Of a stretch of 64,000 bases of DNA, positions 9,925-20,881 are shown one piece after another (position 1 is the stretch's first letter; each line of letters starts with the position of its first letter). Below the pieces are notes generated by a model. It worked only from the letters and a program-made list of their open reading frames with translations. It ran no database searches and was not told where the DNA came from. Source of the stretch: Escherichia phage vB_EcoM_KAW3E185; sequence record MK373782.1; one strand, 5' to 3'. Position numbers and translations under genes: made by a program.

Positions 9925-10092
9925 CTATAGTAAAAGTTGGGTTTCGTTCAATTGCTCTTCTGAACTTTCTGAAACCGGCAATTGTTGGACATAATTATAA
10001 CAAGGACCAGGATGTGCTGGACCTTTGTCTGTTTCAACAACCAATGCAGAATCGATTGGAGTTTTACAGACAACACAAATCTTATCTGACAT
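9925..10092 (-). CDS. Hypothetical small Cys-containing protein (uvsY.-2-like), 55 aa
   Basis: Hand-translated minus ORF MSDKICVVCKTPIDSALVVETDKGPAHPGPCYNYVQQ…; below the ORF-track threshold; preferred over the overlapping plus ORF because of operon context. Confidence 0.5.
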   Translation of the reverse strand: MSDKICVVCKTPIDSALVVETDKGPAHPGPCYNYVQQLPVSESSEEQLNETQLLL

Positions 10093-10124
10093 GATTGCCT
10101 CCTAAGTTGAAATTACATATCTAT

Positions 10125-10349
10125 TTATACAACTCTCATATGCATATCAATGCCCATATCTTTAGAATAAAAATATTCATCAAGATATCCGGCAAATTTT
10201 CCTTTAATATAAAGGACGTCTTCACCACACGGGTGGTCTGCCAGGATACGAATATCCTGACGACGTAGACGATACTTTTCCATTAAGAATTTAATTTCAG
10301 TTTCAAATTCTTCGTCATTATTAAAGGCATCTTCAATTGAATAACGCAT
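10125..10349 (-). CDS. Hypothetical protein (uvsY.-1-like)
   Basis: 74-aa ORF with start/stop overlap to uvsY. Confidence 0.6.
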   Translation of the reverse strand: MRYSIEDAFNNDEEFETEIKFLMEKYRLRRQDIRILADHPCGEDVLYIKGKFAGYLDEYFYSKDMGIDMHMRVV

Positions 10350-10762
10350 TATTGCCCCGCTTCAAATTCTCGCATATCCTGGATATGTTTAAGTGCAAAA
10401 CTACGAGACTTAACTGCGTCAAGTGCACCACTACAGAACTCAAGTAAAATTCCCCAGTATTGTAAAGTAGTCTCTATTTTAAGCACATCTTTATCTGCAG
10501 CCAGGACAGTTTTCATTTCAGATTTCTCGTATCGGTCCATACTGAATTCATCACCGTCACCTCGTCCCGAGTAGTAGTCTAATCTTGCTTTTAGAGCAGT
10601 TTTCTTCTGAGTCTCTATACGCAACATTTCTTTACGAATAAATGAGTGCTTACGTAGCCATTTGCTGTATAACTTAACATTATTCGCCGTCTCATATTGC
10701 AACTTTGACATATCAATAGCTAAGTCTGCGTCTAACTCTTCCTGTAAATCTTCCAGCTTCAT
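10349..10762 (-). CDS. uvsY: UvsY recombination mediator
   Basis: 137 aa, T4 UvsY length and sequence. Confidence 0.9.
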   Translation of the reverse strand: MKLEDLQEELDADLAIDMSKLQYETANNVKLYSKWLRKHSFIRKEMLRIETQKKTALKARLDYYSGRGDGDEFSMDRYEKSEMKTVLAADKDVLKIETTLQYWGILLEFCSGALDAVKSRSFALKHIQDMREFEAGQ

Positions 10763-10816
10763 AATATTCTCTCATTAACTAATAATCTCCCGGCTGTATC
10801 GGAAGGACCTAAAACC

Positions 10817-10841
10817 ATTATACATAGGTCGCCTTGAAGCA
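10817..10841 (-). promoter_or_regulatory. Middle (MotA-dependent) promoter of uvsY
   Basis: Minus strand reads TGCTTCA (MotA box) - 12 nt - TATAAT, with TG immediately 5' of the hexamer. Confidence 0.55.
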
Positions 10842-11240
10842 TTACACTCTATTGCTTGACGCTAACTGAAGTTTAATTTGTTCAATATCGTCAGGGTTGT
10901 CTACGACTGAAAATCTAATCTCTACTATAACCGTATAGTCATCATATACTGGCGTTACACTTACAGAAAGTTTGTCGATGCGTGGCTCATAGTTACGAAC
11001 AGCTGCCTGGATATTACGCTCAATCGTATCGGCTGTAAGTGGTGTCATGTTCTCGAAAAGTTCGTCGACCAAATCGCATCCAAATTCAGGGTCGAAGGGG
11101 CGTGAGCCTTTTCTAGTTGTCACTATGCCAAGAAGACTATTTTTAATAGAACGAAGTCCTACAGAACGAGCAACGTCCTTGTTCCAATCCATACGCATTT
11201 CTGGGTCGATATCTGAATAAAGTTTATTGATATTAGACAT
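10842..11240 (-). CDS. 25: Baseplate wedge protein gp25
   Basis: 132 aa, T4 gp25 length and position. Confidence 0.9.
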   Translation of the reverse strand: MSNINKLYSDIDPEMRMDWNKDVARSVGLRSIKNSLLGIVTTRKGSRPFDPEFGCDLVDELFENMTPLTADTIERNIQAAVRNYEPRIDKLSVSVTPVYDDYTVIVEIRFSVVDNPDDIEQIKLQLASSNRV

Positions 11241-11866
11241 TATAATAACTCAAAGAATTCTTTGAGGCCTCGTATTGTGTGAACGTGTGACGCCCCACAT
11301 TTGGGACATTTAATAGGGGTTGCCAGATAAATTGATGGCGACACCAAAAGATTTTTAATATTGATCATGTCATCTTCTGTTATAAGGCCGTAAAGGTCGT
11401 TTATTTCTGCTTCAGTTAAATCTTCAACAGGGATGGACTCTCCATTGACAAAAACGGCCTCAATACATGAAGCAATCATTAATGCGATATTTTTATCGTC
11501 AAATAATTTAGGTTGACGGAACTTAATTTTAATACCACTAAACGAATACCAGGGATCGGCCTGTTCATCTAATTGAGTGTGCAATAAATTCATATAGACT
11601 TGAAATGAATGCCCACAGGAACAATTCCAGGTGTGTTCTTGATTCACTTCACCTAACGAATGTGCCCACAGATTTACCAACAATAGCTCGGCTTCTTGTT
11701 TAGTCAAGTTTTTAGCGTTAGAGCAATTAGTGATAATATTGTTCACTGCTGATTCAATAGTACCGGTAGCCCGTGCACCTATGAGTCCTAAATATTCTTT
11801 TAAAGTAAAGGCTCTACAATTCACTTCTTTATCGCCTAAACGTACGGTAAACGTATATTTGTACAT
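11240..11866 (-). CDS. 26: Baseplate hub protein gp26
   Basis: 208 aa, overlapping stop/start with gp25. Confidence 0.85.
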   Translation of the reverse strand: MYKYTFTVRLGDKEVNCRAFTLKEYLGLIGARATGTIESAVNNIITNCSNAKNLTKQEAELLLVNLWAHSLGEVNQEHTWNCSCGHSFQVYMNLLHTQLDEQADPWYSFSGIKIKFRQPKLFDDKNIALMIASCIEAVFVNGESIPVEDLTEAEINDLYGLITEDDMINIKNLLVSPSIYLATPIKCPKCGASHVHTIRGLKEFFELL

Positions 11867-11884
11867 GTTAACTCCTTTATTGTG

Positions 11885-11892
11885 TATTTATA
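11885..11892 (-). promoter_or_regulatory. Late promoter (TATAAATA on minus strand) for genes 26-25
   Basis: Plus strand tatttata is the reverse complement of TATAAATA. Confidence 0.6.
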
Positions 11893-11896
11893 AATA
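11889..11896 (+). promoter_or_regulatory. Late promoter TATAAATA for gene 51
   Basis: Exact TATAAATA 18 nt upstream of gene 51 ATG; overlaps the divergent late promoter. Confidence 0.65.
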
Positions 11897-11913
11897 ATAG
11901 AAAAGGAGTAATT

Positions 11914-12666
11914 ATGGCTAATATAATTCGTTGTAAATTACCGGATGGTGTTCATCGTTTCAAGCCGTTCACCGTGGCGGATTATAGAGACTTTTTACTA
12001 GTTAGAAATGATATTGAACATCGTTCGCCACAAGAACAAAAAGAAATAATTGCCGATCTGATTGATGATTATTTTGGCGAGTACCCTAAAACATGGCAAC
12101 CATTTATATTCCTGCAAGTTTTTGCAGGCTCTATAGGCAAAACAAAAGTTCCCGTTATTTTCACTTGCCCTAAATGCTCTAAAGAAAAAACTGCACCATT
12201 TGAGATATATCAAAAAGAACTAGTCGAACCTGAACTTGATGTTGCTGGTATAAAAATACGTTTTTCTTTCCCTGAAAAGTTTTATGACAACAAAGCATTA
12301 ATGATAAGTGAAAACATAAAAGAAATATATTATAATGATGAATGGTACCCATGGAATGATTTGACTGAAGAGAACCAAATCCAAGTAATAGAAGCAATAG
12401 ACATTGACTCGCTCGAGAAGGTTATTGCTTCTATGAACCCTATTAATTTGACCCTTAGATTAGGTTGTTGTGAACGTCATGTTAAAACATATACTGATAT
12501 CTTAGAGGTTTTTAAATTGTTAGTTAACCCTGATGAGATTTTTACATTCTATCAGATAAACCATTCACTAGTAAAGAGTCAATACACATTGGATTCTATT
12601 ATGCAAATGATTCCTGTTGAACGTGGTATTGCTTTAACATTAGTAGAAAAGGACCATAAAAAATGA
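11914..12666 (+). CDS. 51: Baseplate hub assembly catalyst gp51
   Basis: 250 aa, T4 gp51. Confidence 0.9.
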   Translation: MANIIRCKLPDGVHRFKPFTVADYRDFLLVRNDIEHRSPQEQKEIIADLIDDYFGEYPKTWQPFIFLQVFAGSIGKTKVPVIFTCPKCSKEKTAPFEIYQKELVEPELDVAGIKIRFSFPEKFYDNKALMISENIKEIYYNDEWYPWNDLTEENQIQVIEAIDIDSLEKVIASMNPINLTLRLGCCERHVKTYTDILEVFKLLVNPDEIFTFYQINHSLVKSQYTLDSIMQMIPVERGIALTLVEKDHKK

Positions 12667-13835
12667 CAGTATTCCAACGTCCAGGATATCCTAACTTAAG
12701 CGTTAAATTATACCAAGATTATTCGGCTTGGCAAGAAAATAGATACGTTGAACTCGCGGCAACAATAACAACTTTAACCATGCGAGATTCGCTATATGGA
12801 AGAAATGAAGGGATTCTTCAATTTTATGACACTAAAAACATCCACACTAAAATGGACGGTAGACAGATAGTTCAAATCTCTGTTTCAAATTCAAACACAC
12901 CTCTCCAAGTTAGAACTCGAATTTATGGATGTAGACATTATTCTGTGTCTGTGGACTCAAAAGGTGACAATATTATTGCAATTGAGCTTGGAACAATACA
13001 TTCTATAGAGAACCTTAAATTTGGGCGGCCATTCTTCCCAGACGCAGGCGAATCTATACGTGAAATGTTAGGTGTCATATACAAAGACCGCGCGTTAATT
13101 ACTCCGCCAATAAACACTATTAATGCTTATGTTCCTGATATCCCTTGGACAAGCACATTTGATGATTATTTGGCATATGTCAGAGAATTAGGACTTGCTA
13201 CAGCGAGTGATAAGTTCGTATTCGTATGGCAAGATATTTTAGGCGTAAACATGATTGACTACGATACTCTTATTGGTCAGGAAGGCATTAAGATGATTGT
13301 AGGCGAGCCAAATACTGTAGGTCAGTATATTCAAGAGCTTGAGTATCCATTAGTATGGGATTTCACCTGGATGACTAAAGCTAACCAATTTACAAGAGAC
13401 CCTATTAAAAACGCCACGATATTCGCTCATTCATTTTTAGATACATCTATTCCGGTTATTGTTACAGGCGATGGTGATAATGCTATTCTTGTGTCAAGAT
13501 CCGGTGGATATTCCGAAATGACCTATCGTAATGGATTTGAAGAAGCAAGTCGTCTTCAGACAATGGCTCAATATGACGGATATGCTAAATGCACTACTAC
13601 AGGTAATTTTAACATAACGCCTGCTACTAAAATTATATTTGTTGACCAAAAGAACCAATTCAAATCCGAATTTTACGTGGATGAAGTTATTCATGAGTTA
13701 TCAAATAACAACTCACAAACTCATCTGTACATGTTTACCAACTCAATGGTGTTAGAACCTGTTAACCCAGTTAAGGTTAAAAATGAACTTAAATCTGATT
13801 CTACCTCTAAAGAAAATAATTCTACCACAGTCTAA
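12663..13835 (+). CDS. 27: Baseplate hub protein gp27
   Basis: 390 aa, T4 gp27. Confidence 0.9.
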   Translation: MTVFQRPGYPNLSVKLYQDYSAWQENRYVELAATITTLTMRDSLYGRNEGILQFYDTKNIHTKMDGRQIVQISVSNSNTPLQVRTRIYGCRHYSVSVDSKGDNIIAIELGTIHSIENLKFGRPFFPDAGESIREMLGVIYKDRALITPPINTINAYVPDIPWTSTFDDYLAYVRELGLATASDKFVFVWQDILGVNMIDYDTLIGQEGIKMIVGEPNTVGQYIQELEYPLVWDFTWMTKANQFTRDPIKNATIFAHSFLDTSIPVIVTGDGDNAILVSRSGGYSEMTYRNGFEEASRLQTMAQYDGYAKCTTTGNFNITPATKIIFVDQKNQFKSEFYVDEVIHELSNNNSQTHLYMFTNSMVLEPVNPVKVKNELKSDSTSKENNSTTV

Positions 13836-14316
13836 TAAAAAGGTAATGATTCCCAAATTAGGGCTCAAACATTATAATCTTTTAAAGGACGTTAAAGGTC
13901 CTGACGAAAACATGAAAATCTTAGCTGATTCTATTTGTAAAAATATGAGTCCCGCAGATTTTGATTTTGCATGTCTACACATATTGGAATTTAATAACAA
14001 ACTTAAGTCTGAAGTTGAAAAAGATGGATTCACTTATAAACTAGATGACGTCTATGTATGCCAACGAACAGAATTCCAATTTCAAGGTAATACTTTTTAT
14101 TTTAGACCACCAGGCAAATTTGAACAATTCGCTACAATCAGTGAAATGCTATCAAATTGCTTAATAAAAGTTAATGACGAAGAGAAAGAAATTTCTTTCC
14201 TTGAGATGCCTGCTTTTGTAATCAAATGGGCAGAAGACCTTTCGACAACTATTGCTATTCCAGGCCCTAATGGTCCTATTAAGGGTATAGCAGAAATTAT
14301 TGGATTGCTTGAATGA
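13783..14316 (+). CDS. 28: Baseplate hub distal subunit gp28
   Basis: 177 aa, overlaps gp27 3' end as in T4. Confidence 0.85.
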   Translation: MNLNLILPLKKIILPQSNKKVMIPKLGLKHYNLLKDVKGPDENMKILADSICKNMSPADFDFACLHILEFNNKLKSEVEKDGFTYKLDDVYVCQRTEFQFQGNTFYFRPPGKFEQFATISEMLSNCLIKVNDEEKEISFLEMPAFVIKWAEDLSTTIAIPGPNGPIKGIAEIIGLLE

Positions 14317-16085
14317 AACCTGAAGAAATGAAATCCATGCGTAGAAATAAGGTCATTGCCGATAATAAACCACAAAAAGTAGCTGCAACAGCAGCTACCG
14401 ATTCATTAGAAGCATTGAATGACATTTCATCAAAACTAGACGATGTCCAAGCCGCGTCTGAACTCACATCACAAAGTGTAGAAGATAAAGGCAATGGAAT
14501 CATTGAATCAATTGGAGACTTAAAGAATTCGACAGATAATACTGCTGAAGGCACAGAGCTTATCGCAGAAGTTATTGAAAAACAAACTGAAGTCACTAAA
14601 AGTATAAACGAAGTTTCTAGTGCAATAAGCTCTAAGTTAGACCGATTAGCTACATTATTAGAGCAAAAATTACAAACATCTACCGCTATTCAAAATACAG
14701 GAGGCACCTCTCTTGAAGTAATTGAGAACGCAATACCTGTTAAAGTGGTTGAGAATGAAACTTCTGATGAGTTGTTTAAAGCATTACCTACACCTGAAAA
14801 GATTGATAATAAGCCAGACGAAGATTTCTTCCCGGCCCCGGTTCAAGAAAGTGCTAATTCTACTTCCGATTCTAAAGGCGGAATTAGCTTTAAATTGAGC
14901 GATAAAATTGCAATGCTCACCAAAACAGTTCAAACCGGGTTTAATAAATCAATATCAATTTCAGACAGAATTGCTGGAATGCTTTTCAAATACACTATAA
15001 CAGCTGCTATTGAAGCAGCAAAAATGGCCGCACTTATTCTTGGTATTGTTATCGGTATTGATTTATTGATAGTCCATTTCAAATATTGGACAGACAAGTT
15101 CACTTCTGCCTGGGATTTATTTGATGAAAACTTTACTAAATTCTCCGATGAAGCTAAAGAGTGGGGTAAATTCTTAAGTGATATATTCACTTCTATTGAC
15201 TCTATAAAACAATTGTGGGAAGCTGGAGACTGGGGTGGTTTAACCGTTGCTATTGTCAAAGGTGTAGGAACAGCATTAATGAACTTAGGTGAACTAATTC
15301 AATTAGGAATGGCTAAACTCTCTGCGTCTATATTGCGTGCTATAGGTTTTGGCGATACCGCGGACGAAATAGAAGGACGTGCTTTAGAAGGATTCCAAGA
15401 AACTACTGGGAACAAATTAAAGAAAGAAGACCAAGAGAAAGTCGCTAAATATCAAATGAAGCGTGACGATGGGGAATTAGGAACCGTTTCTAAAGGTCTT
15501 GATATGTTACAACGCGGCAAAACATTCGTTACTAACTGGGTTCGTGGTAATGACAATAAAGAAGAGTTTAGTACAAGCGATGAGCGTGCTGCGGAATCAG
15601 CAAAATTAAAAGAGTTACCTGAAGAGGAACGTAAAGAGGCATACATAAAAGCGAATGAAACTCGTGCGGCACTGGTTAGATTTGAGGATTATATCGATAA
15701 AATCGATATGACTAATCCGGAAAATGCTAAAAACGTCGAGAAGTCTTATGCTGATTTAAGTAAACTTATTAAAGACCCTGAACTTAATAAAACTCCTGTT
15801 GTTAAAAAGGAAATAGATGCTAGATTTGAAAAGCTAAATAATAAAATGGCTGAAGCCAAAAAGGCTCAGACAACAGTTAAGCCTGAATCTTCGACTAAAT
15901 CTCCGGAAGCAAAACAAGTTCAGTCAATAGAGAAAGGACGTGCTTCTGAATCTAAACAACAGCAACCGGTAGCGGCGATTAGTAACACAAATAATGTCGT
16001 CAAAAAGAATACCGTAGTCCAGAATATGAACCCTGTAACAAGTACAACGGCTCCTGGAATTTTCCATGCCACCGGTGTTAATTAA
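14313..16085 (+). CDS. 29: Baseplate hub / tail length determinator gp29
   Basis: 590 aa, T4 gp29. Confidence 0.9.
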   Translation: MKPEEMKSMRRNKVIADNKPQKVAATAATDSLEALNDISSKLDDVQAASELTSQSVEDKGNGIIESIGDLKNSTDNTAEGTELIAEVIEKQTEVTKSINEVSSAISSKLDRLATLLEQKLQTSTAIQNTGGTSLEVIENAIPVKVVENETSDELFKALPTPEKIDNKPDEDFFPAPVQESANSTSDSKGGISFKLSDKIAMLTKTVQTGFNKSISISDRIAGMLFKYTITAAIEAAKMAALILGIVIGIDLLIVHFKYWTDKFTSAWDLFDENFTKFSDEAKEWGKFLSDIFTSIDSIKQLWEAGDWGGLTVAIVKGVGTALMNLGELIQLGMAKLSASILRAIGFGDTADEIEGRALEGFQETTGNKLKKEDQEKVAKYQMKRDDGELGTVSKGLDMLQRGKTFVTNWVRGNDNKEEFSTSDERAAESAKLKELPEEERKEAYIKANETRAALVRFEDYIDKIDMTNPENAKNVEKSYADLSKLIKDPELNKTPVVKKEIDARFEKLNNKMAEAKKAQTTVKPESSTKSPEAKQVQSIEKGRASESKQQQPVAAISNTNNVVKKNTVVQNMNPVTSTTAPGIFHATGVN

Positions 16086-16093
16086 GGATTATT

Positions 16094-17203
16094 ATGATTA
16101 GTGTAAAAGAAATAGTAGTAGATGCAAAGGATTTAAATAAAGCAATCCCAGTATCAGAAAGTGCTGGGCAAAGCACTAAAACCGAAACAACTACTAAAAC
16201 TTATGTTGCTCAATTTCCTACAGGAAGAGCAGCCGGAAATGACTCCACAGGAGACTTCCAGGTAACAGACCTTTATAAGAATGGATTATTATTTACCGCG
16301 TACAATATGTCTGCACGCGATTCAGGATCCCTCAGGAATTTACGTCCGGCGTATGCCGGGACTTCATCTAATGGTATCATATCAGATTTAACTGATAATG
16401 TGAAAGATGCAGTGACTAAATTCTCTAATGGGTTGCTTCCTGCCGGAGCTAATAAATCTACTATAAATAAAACTCCTGTTGCTAATATACTTTTGCCACG
16501 TTCCAAATCTGACGTTGATACAACTTCACATCGTTTTAATGATATCGGTGATAGCCTTATTACTAAAGGTGGAGGTACTGCTACAGGTGTTTTAAGTAAC
16601 ATTGCTTCTACTGCAGTCTTTGGTGCATTAGATTCTATTACTCAAGGGCTTATGGCTGATAATAACGAACAGATTTATACGACTTCTCGTAGTATGTATG
16701 GCGGTGCTGAGAACCGTACTAAAGTCTTTACATGGGATTTAACTCCACGTTCAACTGAAGACCTTATGGCTATTATAAACATTTACCAGTATTTTAACTA
16801 TTTCTCATATGGTGAGACCGGTAAATCACAGTACGCCCAAGAGATTAAAAGTTATTTAGACGAATGGTATCGTTCAACGTTTATTGAGCCTATGACGCCA
16901 GATGATGCAGTAAAAAATAAGACATTGTTTGAAAAGATTACTGCGTCATTAACAAACGTATTAGTTGTAAGCAACCCTACAATTTGGATGGTTAAAAACT
17001 TTGGTTATACGTCTAAATTTGATGGATTAACTGACGTATTTGGTCCATGCCAAATTCAAAGCGTACGTTTTGATAAAACTCCAAATGGACAATTTAATGG
17101 TCTTGCTGTTGCTCCTAACTTACCATCAACATTTACGTTAGAGATAACAATGCGAGAAATTATTACATTAAACCGTTCTTCACTTTATGCGGGGACTTTC
17201 TAA
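16094..17203 (+). CDS. 48: Baseplate tail tube cap gp48
   Basis: 369 aa. Confidence 0.9.
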   Translation: MISVKEIVVDAKDLNKAIPVSESAGQSTKTETTTKTYVAQFPTGRAAGNDSTGDFQVTDLYKNGLLFTAYNMSARDSGSLRNLRPAYAGTSSNGIISDLTDNVKDAVTKFSNGLLPAGANKSTINKTPVANILLPRSKSDVDTTSHRFNDIGDSLITKGGGTATGVLSNIASTAVFGALDSITQGLMADNNEQIYTTSRSMYGGAENRTKVFTWDLTPRSTEDLMAIINIYQYFNYFSYGETGKSQYAQEIKSYLDEWYRSTFIEPMTPDDAVKNKTLFEKITASLTNVLVVSNPTIWMVKNFGYTSKFDGLTDVFGPCQIQSVRFDKTPNGQFNGLAVAPNLPSTFTLEITMREIITLNRSSLYAGTF

Positions 17204-18165
17204 TGTACTCTTTAGAAGAATTTAATAACCAAGCTATAAATGCAGATTTCCAACGAAACAATATGTTTAGTTGTGTATTTGCTACTACACCATCAACCAA
17301 ATCGTCTTCACTAATTTCGTCAATTGGTAGTTTTGCTTATAATAACTTAGGGTTGGATTCAGATTGGCTAGGATTGTCTCAAGGTGATATCAATCAGGGC
17401 GTAACAACCCTGATTACAGCAGGAACACAGAAATTAATTCGAAAATCGGGTGCAAGTAAATATCTGATTGGAGCAATGAGTCAACGTACGGTACAAAGCT
17501 TGTTAGGTGAGTTCACAGTAGGAACTTATCTGATAGACTTCTTCAATATGGCATATAATAATACAGGTTTAATGATTTATTCTGTAAAAATGCCTGAGAA
17601 CCGATTATCTTATGAAACGGACTTCAACTATAACTCCCCGAACATCCGAATTACCGGCCGTGAAATGGACCCGTTAGTAATAAGCTTTAGAATGGATTCT
17701 GAAGCATCTAACTTTAGAGCAATGCAAGACTGGGTAAACTCGGTCCAAGACCCTGTAACAGGTCTTCGCGCTTTACCACAAGACGTCGAAGCAGATATTC
17801 AGGTTAATTTACACGCACGAAATGGTTTACCACATACCGCTGTCATGTTCACAGGATGTATTCCTGTTAGTGTCTCTTCTCCTGAGTTAACGTATGATGG
17901 TGATAATCAGATAACAGTTTTTGATGTAACATTTGCTTATCGCGTTATGCAATCAGGTGCTGTAAATAGACAGGCTGCTTTAGAATGGCTGGAATCAGGA
18001 CTTATTAGTAGTGTTTCAGGAATGTTTGGAAATAATCAGAATGATTCTGGACTAGGAAGTGCAGTATCAAGACTTTCTAGATTAGGTGGGACTGCTGGTG
18101 GTGTGTCTAATATAAACACATTGACAGGTGTTGTGAATTCTGCGTCAAGAGTTTTAGGACTATAA
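17203..18165 (+). CDS. 54: Baseplate tail tube initiator gp54
   Basis: 320 aa. Confidence 0.9.
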   Translation: MYSLEEFNNQAINADFQRNNMFSCVFATTPSTKSSSLISSIGSFAYNNLGLDSDWLGLSQGDINQGVTTLITAGTQKLIRKSGASKYLIGAMSQRTVQSLLGEFTVGTYLIDFFNMAYNNTGLMIYSVKMPENRLSYETDFNYNSPNIRITGREMDPLVISFRMDSEASNFRAMQDWVNSVQDPVTGLRALPQDVEADIQVNLHARNGLPHTAVMFTGCIPVSVSSPELTYDGDNQITVFDVTFAYRVMQSGAVNRQAALEWLESGLISSVSGMFGNNQNDSGLGSAVSRLSRLGGTAGGVSNINTLTGVVNSASRVLGL

Positions 18166-18200
18166 GAAAAAGGGAGACGTTGTCTCCCTTTAGTGGTTTA
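18166..18200. terminator. Bidirectional terminator between gene 54 and the alt-downstream ORF
   Basis: Stem gggagac / gtctccc with loop gtt, T-runs on both strands. Confidence 0.6.
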
Positions 18201-18491
18201 TTTACGGAATGAAAGGAATGCTGGTGCTCGGAATGGAGTATCATCTTTAGAGTATTTAACTAATACGACCATTGGTACCTCTGTTTCTAAATGACCTGTC
18301 AGCACACCGATAAAAATTTGATCAGTGTGCTCAGGGTCACGAAAGTTTTTAAGAGGTTCCATAGCAATATGGAATGCACCTGGGAATACTCGATTCAATT
18401 CGTCAATCACAGCTTCGTTAAAAACATCATCCGCTGGGATAGCATCTTCAACTACTAGCTCTTGACCATTAAAGCGAAGCATAGATTTCAT
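18198..18491 (-). CDS. Hypothetical protein downstream of alt (alt.-1-like)
   Basis: Start set at MKSMLRF (GAGG SD upstream); the longer 121-aa form would overlap the promoter and the alt stop. Confidence 0.5.
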   Translation of the reverse strand: MKSMLRFNGQELVVEDAIPADDVFNEAVIDELNRVFPGAFHIAMEPLKNFRDPEHTDQIFIGVLTGHLETEVPMVVLVKYSKDDTPFRAPAFLSFRK

Positions 18492-18520
18492 AACGTTTTC
18501 CTCATGTTGTTGATGGGATG

Positions 18521-18550
18521 ATAGTATCACACATCCGTGTGTTTGTAAAC
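18521..18550 (-). promoter_or_regulatory. Early promoter (GTTTAC / TACTAT)
   Basis: GTTTAC-18 nt-TACTAT on minus strand, immediately after the alt stop. Confidence 0.5.
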
Positions 18551-20637
18551 TATCCTTGGACAAATTTAAATGGAACTGATTCTAAATCCATTAAAGATGC
18601 TAACAATTTCAAACCTTTAGGTGCACTAGTTTTTTCTACAAATGAGGCAAAAGATACCGGCTCATCTGATTCGATTTCACCCGTCATAGCAACTACCTCG
18701 CCTGTTTCCATGAGAACATCACCATCGTAAATGACAGCTTCGTCCAACTGGTCCGAGGACATGACTTCAGCTTGAATAAATTTAAGGTTGGATTCTAAAC
18801 CTGCACCAGTGTCAGATGACGCATCTGTAATTTTATTTATCTGCAAGAGAATGCCTCTAGGCAAAATAATTTCTTGCTCATTAGGGTGATTACTCAACTG
18901 TCCGGGATAAATCACGTTAACTTTATGAGCGCCATCAATAGCCCATCCAACATTAACACGAATTTGTTCTGGCGCATGCATAGCGGTACGTGCCAGGCTA
19001 GGAGAAATAGTAACACCTTCGTCATTATTGTCAATGTTAAGCTCTTTGCGAACTTCTTCAGGAGCAAGTCCAAGGGCAACGTTCTCTTTAAACCCACCAA
19101 AAATAATAGGAGCTAATGAAGTAGAAACATAGTTTCTGAAGTAGAATACCTTATTTTTAACCATTGCTTCGTAAATAGGCATTCTGATAGACTGGGCTCT
19201 ATACAACGTTAGTCCTTCAGGTAAACGGTCTCCATTTAAAAACGCCGAATCAAGACCATCAATAGCGCGTTTAACTTCATCTTCATCTGCAACATCATAA
19301 AAATCCGGTTTATAACGGCCTAACAACATATTATTGATATCGGTATACGCAGAAGAGGCATATTCGCGAATAGCTCGTTTTTCAGCAACAGAGTATTGTT
19401 TAGGGTCCCGATTCATTGTTATATTAAAGGTGCCTCTAGCCGATTCTCGTGCATAAGTATACATCACATTAGACAAGAACGCTGATTTACGTTGTTTCCA
19501 AGTTTTTTCAGATACTTCAGCTAAAACATCGTCGGCCAGTTGGAAATTATCACGTCTAAAATCTTCAAACCATTCGTCTTTAATAGAGTCCGCAATTTCG
19601 TTTGCAGCTTCAACAAAAGCAGCTAATGCTTTAACAGATGTTGTTTTTTCAGTTTTAATTTTCTTAGCAAACTTTTCTAAAGTTGGCTTAATAACACTAC
19701 CATAAGAAACTTCATCAGCAAATCTAAAGGATTCATCAATACGATTATAAATCTTATTTTCGATATCAGCAACTAAAGTGCCTTTTGCTGTGGATGATGC
19801 TTGGGCTAGTACGATTTCATATGCTTCAGGAAGTAATTCGGCTGTAGCCGGGCCACTAACTTCTTTAGCAGAATTTTCGTATTTCTGGAATAACTCACCT
19901 TCTTGGCGGTCAGCTTCTAAAGATTGGCTTGCGGCAATAGCACGACGAGAAATTTTAGTACGAGCAATAACAGGCTTATCTTTACGTTTTTCTTCTACAG
20001 CAGCAATAGAACCAGCGATAGCCGTTTCTTTGGTGACTTTTTCGCCGGTCTTTTTACTCACATAAACTTCGCCAACATCAGAATCTACTTTCGTGTACAA
20101 CTCTGTGTTAATGTTAGGGATGCCTTTAATATCTTCAATGTTGGCATTTTTACGAACCATCATCACATAGGTGTGTTTACCTGTGAATTGATACATTGCC
20201 GACAATACTTTAAAACGACCACCGGTTTTAGTAGAAACTAAACGAGCAAGAAGAGTTTGAAGCTGTTGTCCACGTCCTTTCAATTTCTTGGTAGGGAATC
20301 GGAACAGAACTGCATCCATACGAAGAGCTTTAACTTGTTCATATACTGTATTGAAAATGGTGTTGATTGCATCAATAGGAGCAGGACCAAGGCCATTTTT
20401 CAATTCAGCGAGATTACCCTTTTCAGACAGACTCATAATAACAACATGAGCGTATTTGTCGCCAAGTTTAACTTGTTTTACAGCGTCGCCTTCGGAAAGG
20501 TAAGAGAATAAACGAACTACAATATTTGTATCGATATCACCAATTTTCCAGACTTGTGGAACTTTAGCTTTAGGGTTCAAATTGACGACAGGAAGACTGC
20601 CTTCAGATTCAAACACTTCATTTAATTGTTCAGACAT
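18550..20637 (-). CDS. alt: Alt, virion-packaged ADP-ribosyltransferase
   Basis: 695 aa; long collinear similarity to T4 Alt (…FQKYENSAK…FYFRNYVSTSL…VIYPGQ…). Confidence 0.9.
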   Translation of the reverse strand: MSEQLNEVFESEGSLPVVNLNPKAKVPQVWKIGDIDTNIVVRLFSYLSEGDAVKQVKLGDKYAHVVIMSLSEKGNLAELKNGLGPAPIDAINTIFNTVYEQVKALRMDAVLFRFPTKKLKGRGQQLQTLLARLVSTKTGGRFKVLSAMYQFTGKHTYVMMVRKNANIEDIKGIPNINTELYTKVDSDVGEVYVSKKTGEKVTKETAIAGSIAAVEEKRKDKPVIARTKISRRAIAASQSLEADRQEGELFQKYENSAKEVSGPATAELLPEAYEIVLAQASSTAKGTLVADIENKIYNRIDESFRFADEVSYGSVIKPTLEKFAKKIKTEKTTSVKALAAFVEAANEIADSIKDEWFEDFRRDNFQLADDVLAEVSEKTWKQRKSAFLSNVMYTYARESARGTFNITMNRDPKQYSVAEKRAIREYASSAYTDINNMLLGRYKPDFYDVADEDEVKRAIDGLDSAFLNGDRLPEGLTLYRAQSIRMPIYEAMVKNKVFYFRNYVSTSLAPIIFGGFKENVALGLAPEEVRKELNIDNNDEGVTISPSLARTAMHAPEQIRVNVGWAIDGAHKVNVIYPGQLSNHPNEQEIILPRGILLQINKITDASSDTGAGLESNLKFIQAEVMSSDQLDEAVIYDGDVLMETGEVVAMTGEIESDEPVSFASFVEKTSAPKGLKLLASLMDLESVPFKFVQG

Positions 20638-20669
20638 AGTGTTTTCCTTTTAGTAATAATTTATATTTA

Positions 20670-20693
20670 TGCCAAAAAGAGCCCGAAGGCTCT
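20670..20693 (-). terminator. Terminator hairpin between ligase operon and alt
   Basis: Minus strand: agagcc-UUCG-ggcucu followed by UUUU. Confidence 0.5.
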
Positions 20694-20881
20694 TAATCCA
20701 CAATCGGAAGCAAAGTACGATAAACTTCAAAATTAGAGCCTTTTTCGTACTTATCGAAATTGTCCATAAAAATATGATAGGAATCGTTATTAGGAAAATC
20801 TAATATAATCTGAGAGCAAGAGGTGGAAACATCTCCACCATCCTTCTTAGCTACAATAACTGTTTCTAAATAAGCTTTCAT
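20693..20881 (-). CDS. Hypothetical protein, translationally coupled to ligase (TAATG)
   Basis: 62-aa ORF from ATG overlapping the ligase stop codon. Confidence 0.45.
   Translation of the reverse strand: MKAYLETVIVAKKDGGDVSTSCSQIILDFPNNDSYHIFMDNFDKYEKGSNFEVYRTLLPIVD

Noticed and set aside
9888-10094. Plus-strand 68-aa ORF between uvsW.1 and uvsY
   Set aside because: No RBS, begins inside a terminator hairpin, and is fully overlapped by a minus-strand 55-aa ORF that fits the uvsY operon direction; treated as a shadow ORF.
20640-20670. Possible late promoter upstream of alt (TATAAATT-like on minus strand)
   Set aside because: Not an exact TATAAATA match; T4 late promoters tolerate little deviation, so not called.
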